Below, one piece after another: positions 25,581 through 38,514 of a DNA stretch of 64,000 bases. The stretch lies in assembly GCF_006345805.1 (NCBI RefSeq), contig NW_021832254.1:1-64000 (forward strand), written 5' to 3'. The stretch is from Octopus sinensis. Lineage: Eukaryota. Each line of letters starts with the position of its first letter. Position 1 is the first letter of the stretch. The position numbers were made by a program, and so were the translations under genes. The notes below the pieces were generated by a model that saw nothing but the letters and a program-made list of their open reading frames with translations, was not told the DNA's origin and made no database searches.

Positions 25581-25889
25581 TCTTTCCGGTTTCGAACCTA
25601 GCACCAACCAACTCCGTCGGCCATGTCACCTTCACTATTTTTCCTGATATTCTCCTCAAAGAAATAAAAGCGAAGAAAAACAAAACTTAAAAAAACTGCA
25701 AACAAAACCAGAAGACAAACATCAAGAAACGTCGTGTTTCTTAATTTAATTAACATCTTCAAACAACAACAACAACAACAACAGCATCAGCAATGAAAAC
25801 ATTAACGAAGACAATAACAATAACAACAACAACATGGTGGATGGAAAATAATCATGGTTTTTTTTTATCACTTAATAATTTTATTCTTT

Positions 25890-26042
25890 TTGTTAGTCTG
25901 GTCATTATCGTGCTGGTGATTGTGGTGAAGGTGTTGATGGTAGTAAAAGTAGTAGTGGAGGGTGAGATGGTGGTGGTGGTAGTAGTTGTGGTAGTAATAG
26001 CAAACGTGCTGGTGGTGTTGGTAGTAGTAGTAGCTGTAGTGA

Positions 26043-26076
<34 letters not shown>

Positions 26077-26249
26077 TGTAGTGGTGGTGGTGGTGGTAGT
26101 AGTAGTGGTAGTAATAGCAAACGTGCTAGTGGTGTTGGTAGTAGTAGTAGCAGTAGTAGTAGTAGTGATGATGGTGGTGCTGATGGCGGTAGTAAAAGTA
26201 GTAGTGGAGGTGGTGGTGGTGGTGGTGGTGGTTATATAGAAAAAGTGAC

Positions 26250-26284
<35 letters not shown>

Positions 26285-26920
26285 CAGGAGAAGGAGGAGG
26301 AAGAGTGTTTAATGATTTGCTGTTGTTGGTGGTGGTGGTGGTGATAGTGGTTTGGGTTGTAGTGGGGATGGTGGTGAATGATAGTGGTAATAGAAATGAT
26401 AGTGTTAGTGTTACAGTAGCTTTTGTTCATGCTGCTGCTGATGTGTAGTAGTAGTGGTGGTGGTGGTGGTGGTGGTTATGGTGGTGATGGTGGTGGTGGC
26501 GGTGGTGGTGGTGGTGGTGGTGGTGGGTGGTGGTGGTGGTGGTGGTGTGGTGGTGGTGGTGGTGTTGGTGGTAGTGGTGGTGGTGGTGGTGGTGGTTATG
26601 GTGGTGATGGTGGTGGTGGCGGTGGTGGTGGTGGTGGTGGTGGTGGTTATGGTGGTGATGGTGTTGGTGGTAGTGGTGGTTGTGGTGGTGATGGTGGTGG
26701 TGGTGATGGTGGTGGTGGTGGTGGTGGTGGTTATGGTAGAGGTGGTGGTGGTGGTGGTTATGGTGGTGATTGTGGTGGTGGCGGTGGTGGTGGTGGTGGT
26801 GGTGGTTATGGTGGTGATTGTGGTGGTGGCGGTGGTGGAGGTGGTGGTGGTGGTTATGGTGGTGATGATGTTGGTGGTAGTGGTGGTGGTGGTGGTGGTG
26901 ATGGTGGTGGTGGTGGTGAG
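25890..26920. repeat. (GTA/GGT)n trinucleotide low-complexity region with higher-order GGTTATGGTGGTGAT repeat
   Basis: Seen directly; produces the poly-Val, poly-Gly and poly-Thr ORFs in the track. Confidence 0.9.
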
Positions 26921-27347
26921 ATGGTATTCGTTGTTGTGGTAGCCATGCTTGGATTTCTTACTGTTATTGCTGTAGGTAGCGTGACAGTGGTTGGCGGAGA
27001 CGATAAGCGGTAGCACTACAATGGTCGTTCATGTTGTTGTTTTTGTTGTTGTTTTCACTTTTGTTTTCAATAGAAATCTCGAGAATTTTTCAATTATGAG
27101 ATGAGATGTAACACGAAAAACAACGGAAAATGGAAGATATCAAAAGCATGCGATAAACATGTTCTCAAGTAGAACCGAATCACATATTGCATAAAACACA
27201 CGCACGCACACACGCAGACTTACACATGCACAAGCATAGATAGATGTGTGCGGTGGAGGGGTGTATGTGTGTGAGTATATATATATATATATATATATAT
27301 ACGTGTATGTATATATATATACACATATATACACATATATATATATA

Positions 27348-27406
<59 letters not shown>

Positions 27407-27416
27407 TACACACATG

Positions 27417-27449
<33 letters not shown>

Positions 27450-27527
27450 GTGTGTTTGTGTGTATGTGTACATATATATATATATATATGCATATATATG
27501 TATATATATGTTTGTGTATGTATGTAT

Positions 27528-27580
<53 letters not shown>

Positions 27581-27998
27581 TATATATGCACTTGTTACCG
27601 ATCTACGGATATCATGCATTTTATGCAATATATTTTAAAACAGTTATATCAGAGACACACGCGATACACACACACTACATATATCCATTACAATTTCACA
27701 CGTATAAACACTTTCTGCAATAGAAACATATCATCTTCTAACACTCAAACACATCCATAGACAGAAATTCTTCACATTCGCAGGAAGAGAATATGCACTG
27801 TTAGCCACACATGCACGCGGTCCTCTCCACAACGTCGTTTACTTGTTCACTGTTTAAAGTCGAAAAGTATAAAAGAGGCGAGAAAATAGAGAAACGTAGA
27901 TGTCAATGTGAACGCACTGAAGATGTCATCAGCGAATGGGATCAAGCACTCTCCATTTCGCAACAAAGCATACAGACGCACAAACACACTCACACACG

Positions 27999-28042
<44 letters not shown>

Positions 28043-28074
28043 TATACATAAATACATGCATATACATGTTTAAG

Positions 28075-28133
<59 letters not shown>

Positions 28134-28228
28134 TAATATATATAATTATATATATATTTATATTTATATATATAGTTATATTTTTTTGCTTGTTTCAGCT
28201 CAGAGCTGCGGCCATGCTGATGCACATG

Positions 28229-28271
<43 letters not shown>

Positions 28272-28406
28272 AATTAATATATATAATTATATATATATAT
28301 ATGTATATTTATATATATAGGTATTTATATATATATAGGTATATGCATGTATGTATATATATTATAAATACGTACATTTGTATATATATGCGTCTATATA
28401 TATATG

Positions 28407-28460
<54 letters not shown>

Positions 28461-28916
28461 TAGCTGCACCTCGTTAAACGAGAGAAGCCATTGCCAAGAA
28501 ACTTAGCGGAATGATTCATGATTGTTGCCATGTGAATGTGAAACCCTTATGTGACTTTTAAGCCCGGCTTTTATAAAAGTGGATTATTATAGTCAAGCTA
28601 ATTCTCGAAATAATAGACGACGTCGATATAGAACTAGGGAAGTGCCTTGTGGTTTAATCCGTAAAAGCTAATATAGGTAGGGAATTCTTAAAATTAGTTT
28701 CTTAACATTTTCAATCTAGCCATAAGTTCTTTAGAATTTTTAATAGGAGAACACTGAAGGTTATCTATTCTTGTTGAAAACACTTCGCCTCTTTTATTAA
28801 TCAGCATAACAGGTGGAGGTGAAATCTAGTTTTGATGTCCGGATTATGCACTCGAGGTATTTAGATCTTCCGGATGACTGGACGCACGGGTGTGAAAAAA
28901 TTAAGCTGTAGGTATT

Positions 28917-29143
28917 GCTGGCAGAAACGTTAGCACGCCGGGCGAAATGCTTAGCGGTATTTCGTCTGCATTATGTTGTGAGTTCAAATTCCGCCGAGGT
29001 CGACTTTGCCTTTCATCCTTTCGGGGTCGATAAATTGAGTACCAGTTACGCACTGGAGTCGATGTAATCGACTTAATACCTATGTCTGTCCTTGTTTGTC
29101 CGCTCTGTGTTTAGCCCCTTGTGGGTAATAAAGAAATAGGTAT
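28917..29143 (+). mobile_element. SINE family A monomer
   Basis: Head plus one unit; TSD TAGGTATTGCT at 28909-28919 and 29137-29147. Confidence 0.9.
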
Positions 29144-29759
29144 TGCTATCTAAATTTTCAAGTATGCCTTTTGTTTTTTTGCTAAATTTCTAATTTGATG
29201 TTCACCTGTTTCCTCAGGTGAACACAAGATGATACATCAGTCGGGGTTCCGCTTTTAACTCAATATCTGTATTCGAAGCCGATCAAAGAAATTGTGACTT
29301 TTAAAATTTACATTCATTTTGTATCGAATAAAATGGCGATATTCAGTTTTCATTGTCACTATACAAATGAATATGATGTATGAAGTTCTTTATTTTCCCT
29401 CTCGGTAAGAACAGATAAAATATTCCTTTCAAATTTTGGTACAATGCCAGGCACGTTGAGGGAAGGATTCAAGTCGATTACATCGACCTCGGTATGCAAC
29501 TGGTACTTATTTTATCGGTCCCAGAATGCTGAAAGGGAAAGACAACTTCGGACCGAGTTTGAACTTAGGACGTAAAGACAGATGAAATGGCGTGAAGCGT
29601 TTTGTTCGGGGTGCTAACCGTTCTGACAGCTCGCCTCCTCAAACTGGAGTGTTATATGACGAGTTGTCCGAAATGTCTCAAAATCACTTTTGTACAATTT
29701 TCTTTCTAATTTCTGCAAAAGATCAATTATAGGGAGGGAGGAAACCGTTAAGATCGATC

Positions 29760-30320
29760 CCAGTACTTGATAGACAATTAATTTATCACCACCAGTAACT
29801 AAAAGATAAAGTTGTCCTTGACGTAAAGAGCCGGACGAAATGCAATTAGTCATTTACTCTGGCGTTTTAACGATTCTACCGGCTCCCCACTTTACTACTG
29901 AGTTGTATTGGGGTTCACTTTGACTTTCAACCTCACAGGATCGATATATAAAGTACTGAGGTCGATTTAATAGGTTACAAGATCGATATAAGTATGGCAT
30001 CAATGCAATCGACTTAGCCCCTCCCCAGAAGTTACTGGTCCTGCGCCAAACTTTCGTCTGCCGCTACGTTCTGAGTTCAAATTCCGGTGACGTCGACTTT
30101 GCCTTACATCCTTTCGGGATTGATTAAAAAGTACCAGTTACGCACTGGAGTTGATAAAATCGACTTAATCCTTTTCTCTGTCCTTCTTTGTCCCCTCTGT
30201 GTGTAGCCCCTTGTGGACAATAAAGAAATAAAAAGGAAATAAGAAAAAAGAAATAAGACAAAATGAAGGAGGATACAGTTATTTTTAGAAAATAATGTGA
30301 TTTGAAATTAATGCGACAAA
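29760..30320. repeat. Donor of a local inverted duplication (contains SINE-A remnants and unique sequence)
   Basis: Reverse complement of 31699-32245. Confidence 0.9.
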
Positions 30321-31698
30321 TTTTCTTGTTTGTTGAAAATTCGATGGCACAAAGAAATAATTTGTCATTAAAGAACACGAAATCAAATTTTTAGCTTTGA
30401 AACTTTACGACATTAATTGAAACACGTGACCAATGCGTCATGCTAGCTTTAAAGGCTTATAGCTGAAGAGAAATTATGCAAGAATTTTAACCGAATTCCA
30501 CGATACACAAAGCCGTTCTGAGGCGAATATAATTACGAAACGGATTTCCTTTGTTGGTGTAATGCATATCCAAGCAATGTCAGAGAATCAAGTCTCAGGC
30601 AAGCCTATTAATTAAAAGGGGGATGCCTTTTGAGAAAAATAATTAGAAGGACGTAATCACCTTGTTAACAAGGATTTAGGGATTATTAGAAATGAAATTA
30701 TTGAATGATCCCCAGGCCAGAGTGAAAAATGTAGAACTTGAAAATTGGTTGGAAAAACATCGAGCCGACCTTGATAGCAACTGGAACCTCCAAATTAAAA
30801 TATGAGAGACATCCCAGTCCAAGAACAAAATTTCTTTCTGCATTGCTCAGCTTTCGAAAATATCTAAAATTCCCTAATCTCGGTTTCTTTATTAGCCACA
30901 AGGGCCCAAATATAGATGGGGACAAACAAAGACGGACAGGACACCTCAGAGGGGACAATACATAGAACGAATATGATAAGACCGTTATACAATAATGGGG
31001 TTATGAATGGCTGCATGCGCCCCTCATCACATGCATTACCATTAATCTTTTTAAAATGTCCATTTTTATCATGAATTTACAAAATTAATTATCGTCTACC
31101 ATTACAAGTATTTGAACCGTTATATACGTTCTCTAAAATGGTTCTTCTATTTTTCAATATTATTAAACTTAACATAAAGCACTTACTCTTTCTTGTTCCC
31201 TTTTTTCCTCCTTTTTCTTTCCTTACGTTTTGACATACTTATTTACTTTTTAGTAATATTTCATTAGTGGTTCGATTTCTGCTAAATCCACTACGGGTGG
31301 CAATTCTTAGAATTCCACCCTTTCTCCTGTTGAGTCAATATTATCTCCACACACTTCTTGCAGTCTCTTATAACTTTCCTCTTCAATCCCTATCGCCTTC
31401 ATGTCCTCTGCATATATATGTATGTTGGTACCCTTACTCTTACTATTTGGTTGAACTTGGGTATTTTCTTCTCTGTTTCAGTATTCTTCGGGTAGTTTAC
31501 GTAATACCGCACACCGTTTTCTTTAATTTTCTTTCCTTTATTTTGGCTTTTCTGTTCTCTCTTTTCCTCCTCCACTCTAAACAGTCTCTCCAATTCCTCT
31601 TCTGCCAGCTGAATTTCCGAATCCTTTTCTCTCGGAACAACTGGTCTCTTTACTTGTAAATCCACTTTTTTTACTTTCTTTCTCTGTCACCCAGTACT

Positions 31699-32245
31699 TT
31701 GTCGCATTATTTGTCGCAGTAATTTCAACTCACATTATTTTCTAAAAATAACTGTATCCTCCTTCATTTTGTCTTATTTCTTTTTTCTTATTTCCTTTTT
31801 ATTGCTTTATTGTCCACAAGGGGCTACACACAGAGGGGACAAACAAGGACAGAGAAAGGGATTAAGTCGATTTTATCAACCCCAGTGCGTAACTGGTACT
31901 TTTTAATCAATCCCGAAAGGATGAAAGGCAAAGTCTACGTCACCGGAATTTGAACTCAGAACGTAGCGGCAGACGAAAGGGGAGGGGCTAAGTCGATTGC
32001 ATTGATGCCATACTTATATCGATCTTGTAACCTACTATATCGACCTCAGTACTTTATATATCGATCCTGTGAGGTTGAAAGTCAAAGTCAGCCCCAATAC
32101 AACTCAGTAGTAAAATGGGGAGCCGGTAGAATCGTTAAAACGCCAGAGTAAATGACTAATTGCATTTCGTCCGGCTCATTACGTCAAGGACAACTTTATC
32201 TTTCAGTTACTGGTGGCGATAAATTAAATGTCTATCAAGTACTGG
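31699..32245 (-). repeat. ~550-bp inverted templated copy of 29760-30320
   Basis: High identity apart from a ~25-bp deletion; AGTACT at both junctions (31693-31698, 32238-32243). Confidence 0.9.
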
Positions 32246-32325
32246 TCTTCCTTCCTGATGACCTCCGTCACAGTTTCTTTTCTCATATCTTCTCTCTTCT
32301 TTTTCTGTTTCTCTGGCGGAGAACC

Positions 32326-32784
32326 TGATCTTTTGGGTTTGAACGGCAGTTTTTCAAAATAATTTTCAAGTTAACTAAACACTTTTAAACTTCGTATACT
32401 GGTAGAATGTGTTTATAAAACATTTTTTTCTCTTGGCTTTCTTCAGAAAATTTTTTAGTTTGTAAGATATTTGTTGTTTTTTTCTTCAATTTCTGCAATT
32501 TCAATCAATCACTGGTGTCCATTGAGTTAAAAAGCATTCTGTGTCGTATGAATATGTCCCTCGTTTAAGAAACAGATTGGGTTTATTTACATTTGTGAAG
32601 AAAAAAAAGATACCCTTCCCCCACCCTAACCCTAGCCCTAACCCTAACTAAACCTAACCAACCCTAACTCACCCTAACCCTAAAAGATATTGAAATGCAA
32701 TAGATCGATTCTAGGGTCATAATTATGGATGACAATTTCATATGACACCGCTAAAAAAAACTGCCGTTCAAACCGAAAAGGTCC
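32326..32784 (+). mobile_element. Telomeric-repeat MITE, copy 3
   Basis: Both TIRs present; 8-bp TSD GGAGAACC/TGAGAACT; CCCTAA-type repeats at ~32624-32683. Confidence 0.9.
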
Positions 32785-33006
32785 TGAGAACTATTCCTTC
32801 CACTCCTCCTCTTTTTTTTTCCAACAGTCATATCATCATCTGTTTCCTTTGTCTCGACCTGTTCTACCTGGTCCGCGCTCTCTCGTCTCTCCACCTGCTC
32901 TGCTTGTTGCTTTTTCTGGCTGAACCATGCCTTCATGTGGCCCTTCTCACCACACCCCAAAAATACAGGCGGCCTGCCCTCTACCTTCATTCTCAATGCA
33001 AAGCCA

Positions 33007-33440
33007 GGATCTTTTCGGTTTGAACGGCAGTTTTTTTCTAGCCGTGTCATATGAAATAGTCACCCATAATTATGACCCTATATCGATCTATTGCATTTCA
33101 ACCTGTTTTAGGGTTAGGGTTAGTTAGGGTCAGTTAGGGTTAGGGTGGTGGAAGGGTATCTTTTTTTTCTTCAGAAATGTAAATAAACTCAATCTGTTCC
33201 TGAAACGAGGGACATATTCATACGGCACATAATGTTTTCACCTCAATAGACGTATTTGATTGGTTGAAATTGCAGAAATTGAAGGAAAAAACCACAAGTA
33301 TCTTACAAACTATAGAATTTTCTCAATAAAGCCAAAAGAAAAAGATGTTTTATAAACACATTCTACCAGTATACGAAGTTTAACATTTTTTAGTTACCTA
33401 GAAATTATGTTAAAAACTGCCGTTCAAACCGAAAAGATCC
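33007..33440 (-). mobile_element. Telomeric-repeat MITE, copy 4 (inverted)
   Basis: Perfect TIRs; 8-bp TSD CAAAGCCA/CAAAGCCG; TTAGGG repeats at ~33107-33144. Confidence 0.92.
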
Positions 33441-33984
33441 CAAAGCCGTCAGGCAGCAATATCTCTTCCGCAATCCTATTTAAGTCGTCCACTGATTCCT
33501 GGATAGTGAGCCCTATCCCATATCGCCAGTAGCCGAGCTTGTTAAATTCCCTAATCTCGACGTGCAACTTAAAACAGCAAAAAATTTACAATGGAATATT
33601 CTTCGCAATGAAATTGTATAATCAAAACACAGCCGTTTATCACTCTTGCCTAAATATTTAATTAATTTTATTTGTTTACATAAGCGCTGCTGCCTCAAAA
33701 ATTATGGATTTATTCGATTGAATCTAAAACGAAATTTAACATTAACGTATCTTTAATTTAGTTATTTAATAAGTGTACGAGTAGTTTATTAATGAATTAC
33801 TAATCAGGAACGGTAAACAATCAGCATTAGGGAAGGTTTCTAATAAATCATTTTTAATGAATTTCTTTCTAATACTTAAATTAATAACAGTTCAAAATTT
33901 CGGCACAACGCCAGGAATTTTTGGAGGAGTCGGGTAAGTCGACCTCCCTGTCCAGCGGGTACTTATTTTATTGATCCGAAAACA

Positions 33985-34235
33985 ATCCTTAAACAATCCT
34001 AATTCAGGGACCTTTTGAGCGGGATGGGTTACTCGACCTGAAGAAAATTCTGACTGGGCCCCACCTGCAAAGTCATGTGCTGTTTATCTTGATATGAGAT
34101 CACCATGTCGCGCACATATGGTTGTGATGCATGTGCCTGGTGTACCCTTATCAGACGGGTAGTCATGATGGGTATATTGGGCTTCGTATATTTTATCTCA
34201 GTGTCACATTGATGGCATGCACTGCTCTTTTACTC

Positions 34236-34268
<33 letters not shown>
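33985..34268 (+). mobile_element. Non-autonomous (AAT)n-tailed retroelement, 5'-truncated
   Basis: Matches the reverse complement of 60828-61080; ends ACTC(AAT)n. Confidence 0.8.
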
Positions 34269-34269
<1 letters not shown>

Positions 34270-34445
34270 GTTCCAAATTTTGCCACAAGGGCAGCAATTT
34301 TCGGGGATGGGGTGGGTCGTTTACATCGAGCTCAGTGTTTAATTGGTACTTGTTTTATCGATCCTGAAAGGATAAACAGTTCAGATAATATATAAACACA
34401 TGTGTAAAGTACCAGTAATATCTAGAATAGAAAAAGAAGAGCAGT

Positions 34446-34572
34446 TTCTTTCAGCTGTTTCTGCCAAGAGGTCACAGTACCCCACATGCTATTTCCTTCT
34501 TTTCAGTGTACTGTAGTGATCGGTGAATACAATTAGGGTACTTGGGTGTGACTCTAGGCTTCATCAGAGAGT
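34446..34572 (-). ncRNA. Degenerate hammerhead motif with ~100-nt stem II
   Basis: Minus strand UCU-CUGAUGA-aGCCuAGAGUCACA...UGUGACCUCUUGGCa-GAAA-CAGCUG(palindrome)-AA-AGA; U16.1 changed to A. Confidence 0.55.
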
Positions 34573-34707
34573 TTAGAAGAGGGTCTAAAATGTTCAGAGG
34601 GCTAAAGTATATATATAAATACACATATACACACTCACATATATATACATATATATATACATATGTGTATATATAAATATATATATATATTTGTGTGTGT
34701 GTGTGTA

Positions 34708-34999
34708 GTGGAGGCGCAATGGTCCAGTGGTTGGGGCAGCGGACTCGCGGTTTCGATTCGCAGACCGGGCGTTGTGAGTGTTTATTGAGCGAAAACACTT
34801 AAAAAAAAGCTCCACGAGGCTCCGACAGGGGGTGGTGGCGATCCCTGCTGTACTCTTTCGGCACAAATTTTTCTCACTTTCTTCTGTTGGCCTGCTCGCT
34901 TAGCCAGCGGGGTGGCGTCATTTGGAGGCTAAAACAATGCGAAGCGCATTGTGACCAGCGATGTGTAACAACATAAGATAGCCTGGTCGGTCACGTGAT

Positions 35000-35005
<6 letters not shown>
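34708..35005 (+). mobile_element. SINE family C (tail type ii)
   Basis: Family C head; tail matches 15850-15930. Confidence 0.85.
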
Positions 35006-35041
<36 letters not shown>

Positions 35042-35660
35042 GCCAGGCTTCTTCCGTTTTCCACCAACCAAATCCATTCACAAGACTTGGTCCAAAGTGC
35101 CACGCTGTTAGATTGAAAGCGGGACCCTGTGGTTGGGAAGCAAATTTCTTACCTCACAGTCACGTCTGTATGAGAAACATTATTATTCATTTGAAGAAGT
35201 CTTTTTTATGCTGTTTTAAAATTACATCAATAAAATTCTACAGATTCCCGAATTTTTGATATTGAAAACTATAAAAATTTCGAAGATAATTAAATAAAGA
35301 AAATAAAAGATTTCGTAAAATAACCCTCTTGAAATAAATGTGCTACATTAATTTTTAAGGATTATATTTAGCTTTTTTTCTTCCCAATTTTACACTAAAA
35401 AAAGATGGAATTAAATCTAAAAGAGCTTTATTAAATTAATTTGAAAAGTAAACATTTTCGTCTAAAACCGAAAAAAATAGAAAAGAAGTAAAGAAATTAA
35501 AATCAAGATAATATTAAAATTGTTTAATATGAGTATAAGTACATTTCTTTAAATGAAATTATGCTCTCTACACATTGCGGATATATTTTCGTAACACACC
35601 CGCAGTTCACTAATGACATGAAATGCACTTTGCATTTATGTCCTATGGTTTCAAATGTTT

Positions 35661-36048
35661 GGCTGTGTGATAAGTAGCTTGCTTACTAACCACATGGTAC
35701 CGGTTTCAGTCCCACTGCGTGGTAACTTGGGGAAGTGTCTTCTACCATAGCCTCAGGCCGATCAAAGCCTTCTGAGTGGATTTGGTAGACGGAAACTGAA
35801 AGAAGACCGTCGAACATATATATATATGTATATGTGTGTGTGTGTTTGTGTGTGTGTGTTTGTCTCACCAACATCGCTTGACAACCGATGCTGGTGTGTG
35901 TACGTCCCCGTAACTTAGCGGTTCGGCTAAATAGACCGATACAATAAGCACTAGGCTTACAAAGAATAAGTCCTGGGGACAGTTTGCTCGACTAAAGGCG
36001 ATGCTCCTGCATGGCCGCAGTTTAAATGACTGATACAAATAAAAGAGT
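35661..36048 (+). mobile_element. SINE family B
   Basis: Head, internal (TA)n(TG)n and tail as at 14296. Confidence 0.85.
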
Positions 36049-36211
36049 ACAAGAGATGTGAATATTTCTCCTTAGGGCAACTGCAACCACCAGAACGAAG
36101 AAGTAGCAGCCAAACCTCGTTTAAATTATATTCCGTGGCCTTGAAAAGAAGAAGTAATCCTTCCATGATGTAGGATGGGCAAGGTTGATTGCCATGGACC
36201 AGCAGATTTAA

Positions 36212-36365
36212 CGCGTTGAGCCCTGACCTCCTGGACCTTATTTTACCATATACCTTGCACACCACCGGTGCTACGATATAGAACGGTGCTACGGCACAGA
36301 GCGATACCACGGTATAAAGAGAAATAAACTATCCAGTGGTAAATCGGTGTTACGGGCTCAAAGGG
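36212..36365. mobile_element. piggyBac-type MITE
   Basis: TTAA at 36208-36211 and 36366-36369; TIR CGCGTTGAGCCC / GGGCTCAAAGGG (CCC...GGG-type ends, left end decayed). Confidence 0.7.
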
Positions 36366-36936
36366 TTAATAACATATCTTCTAATTTCCGCAACTAATAT
36401 TCTGGTTAACCTATATCAGAAATACATGAACTAACGCGTCTTTCACTGATCGAACTGTGGGATATTTTGTGAGCAAGAGCAGGGGAGGATGTTACTGGTG
36501 GTAGGTCGTAAGAGCACATTGAAATCCCTTCAATGGACCTTTTTCTTGCTACCGTTCTTTATTTGATTTCTTTTTATTTATTTTTGTTTCAAGCTTCCCT
36601 AATCTTAAAATGTTGTATCCAAACAATTGTATCCAAACGATTCTGCAAGCTTGCTGCCTTCTGGTTTCAAATTTTGGCATAGGGCTAATACTTTCAGGGA
36701 AAAAGGGAGTGGAAAAGTTGATTACATCGATCGCGCTACTTCGTTAGTTTATTTTATCGATCATAAAAGAATGAATAGAAAGTTTGACATCAGCTGAAAT
36801 TGAACTCAGAACTTAGAGAGCCAGAAGAAATGCCACTAACCTTTTTTTTCTGACGCTGTACCGATTCTGCTAGTATACTGCCTCTAATTTCTTCAATTAA
36901 TGAAACGTGTTGCAGGCGTTCTATCCTAGCTCTTAA

Positions 36937-37351
36937 GGCGGTGAGCTGGCAGAATCGTTAGCACGCCGGGCGAAATGCGTAGCCGTATTTCGTTTGCCGT
37001 TACGTTCTGAGTTCAAATTCCGCCGAGGTCGACTTTGCCTTTCATCCTTTCGGGGTCGATAAATTAAGTACCAGTTATGCTCTGGGGTCTATATAATCGA
37101 CTTAATTTGTTTGTCTGTCCTTGTTTGTTCCCTCTGTTTTAGCCCCTTGTGGGTAGTAAAGAAATAGGTATTTCGTCTGCCGTTTCGTTCTGGGTTCAAA
37201 TTCCGCCGAGGTCGGCTTTGCCTTTCATCCTTTCGGAGTCGATAAATTAAGTACCAGTTACGCACTGGAGTCGATGTAATCGACTTAATTTGTTTGTCTG
37301 TCCTTGTTTGTTCTCTCTGTGTTTAGCCCCTTGTGGGTAGTAAAAAAAATA
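36937..37351 (+). mobile_element. SINE family A, head plus two units
   Basis: Junction GAAATA|GGTATTTC at ~37166. Confidence 0.9.
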
Positions 37352-38514
37352 TATCTTACTGGAAGAGTTCTTTCATTTTTTCTGTCATGTGATTATGACG
37401 TCACTCTAATCAGTGTCTTGTTCTGTCTGCTGTCTGATATTGGTAAACAATAGTCATTCGCAGAGTCTCGAAGGAAATGCTTTCCGCCATAATTGTAGAC
37501 CATTGGTACGAGGTAGAATTTGAACAGAAATAATCACGACAGACACCGCAAGACATTTCGTCTGTTGCTCCAAAACTTTCGCCAACCCCTTGTCTTGGAC
37601 TAATGCAGCATTTATCGACATCTGATTTGTCTTTTCTTAGTCAAACATTTTTTCCATTATTTTTACATAAAACTGTTGAATTGGCTACACGTAATACAAT
37701 GGCAGACCCAAGAGAAAATAAGAAGCAATAAACGAACTATATTAGAAGAGTGTGTGTAGATATTAGCAATCGGAAATTAGAATAATGTACGAATGCATAC
37801 ATATCATTTCAGAAATTGACTGTAGTATGTCATAACATTTCGTGCAGATGTTGAATCGAAAATTGAAAAGTGAAAAATAGAAAAAAAACATTATTGAGTA
37901 ATAGACAAACTATTGTTATATTTTAATGATATTGCGTGCAACAACTAGACTGATGTTTACTCAATGGGGATTCCAGAAAAACAAAGCATGCAGAATAAAG
38001 TTAGTTATTACAAATCGTATATTTATAGTTTAAACTCTGTATGTAGGACAACCTGCTGTAATCTTATGAAGTAGTGTTATTCGCTTTGTTTTTATATTTT
38101 TTATTAATGATTGAATCAAAGTTGATGGACAAAGTGCTTAGCAACATTCTGTCCGGTTCTTTAGCTTCGAACGCCATCGAGATCGACTTCTGTACGGGAG
38201 ATTTGAGCTCATATATGACTGTGCAATCCGTTAGGGCCAATAAGGCTTACACAACACCGATTCAGAGACAAGTCTGGCAAGATATTCAGTGCCAATATGG
38301 ATCGAAGGCTGAGGAATGTGGCCCCGCCATGATTTTAAGCGAAAGCAAAATGGACTTGTGCCATTCCCAGCATATCCTCTGCGAATGACACTAGAGTTAA
38401 CGTCTCCTAGACTCATGCTAAGGATGTCAGATGGTTAAAAAATATATTCACCTGTGAGATCTCCGGCTTCTTTATGGTTTAAAACTAGGAGTGTGTGAGT
38501 TCATATATATATAT

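Larger units (their letters stand above)
31250..33560 (-). pseudogene. Decayed LINE (Tx1/L1-like) ORF1 with zinc knuckle, split by three insertions
   Basis: Removing the insertions joins NKLGYWRYGIGLTIQESVDDLNRIAEEILLPDGF|ALRMKVEGRPPV(F)LGCGEKGHMKAW(F) (a CX2CX4HX4C knuckle with two C>F changes) to a K/E-rich segment SPPEKQKKKREDMRKE and ORF 31399-31665. Confidence 0.7.

Noticed and set aside
25793-27016. Poly-Val membrane protein or poly-Thr mucin ORFs
   Set aside because: Trinucleotide repeats open in multiple frames on both strands.
20387-33144. Chromosome end or telomere-healing site
   Set aside because: All CCCTAA/TTAGGG tracts are short and internal to MITE copies.
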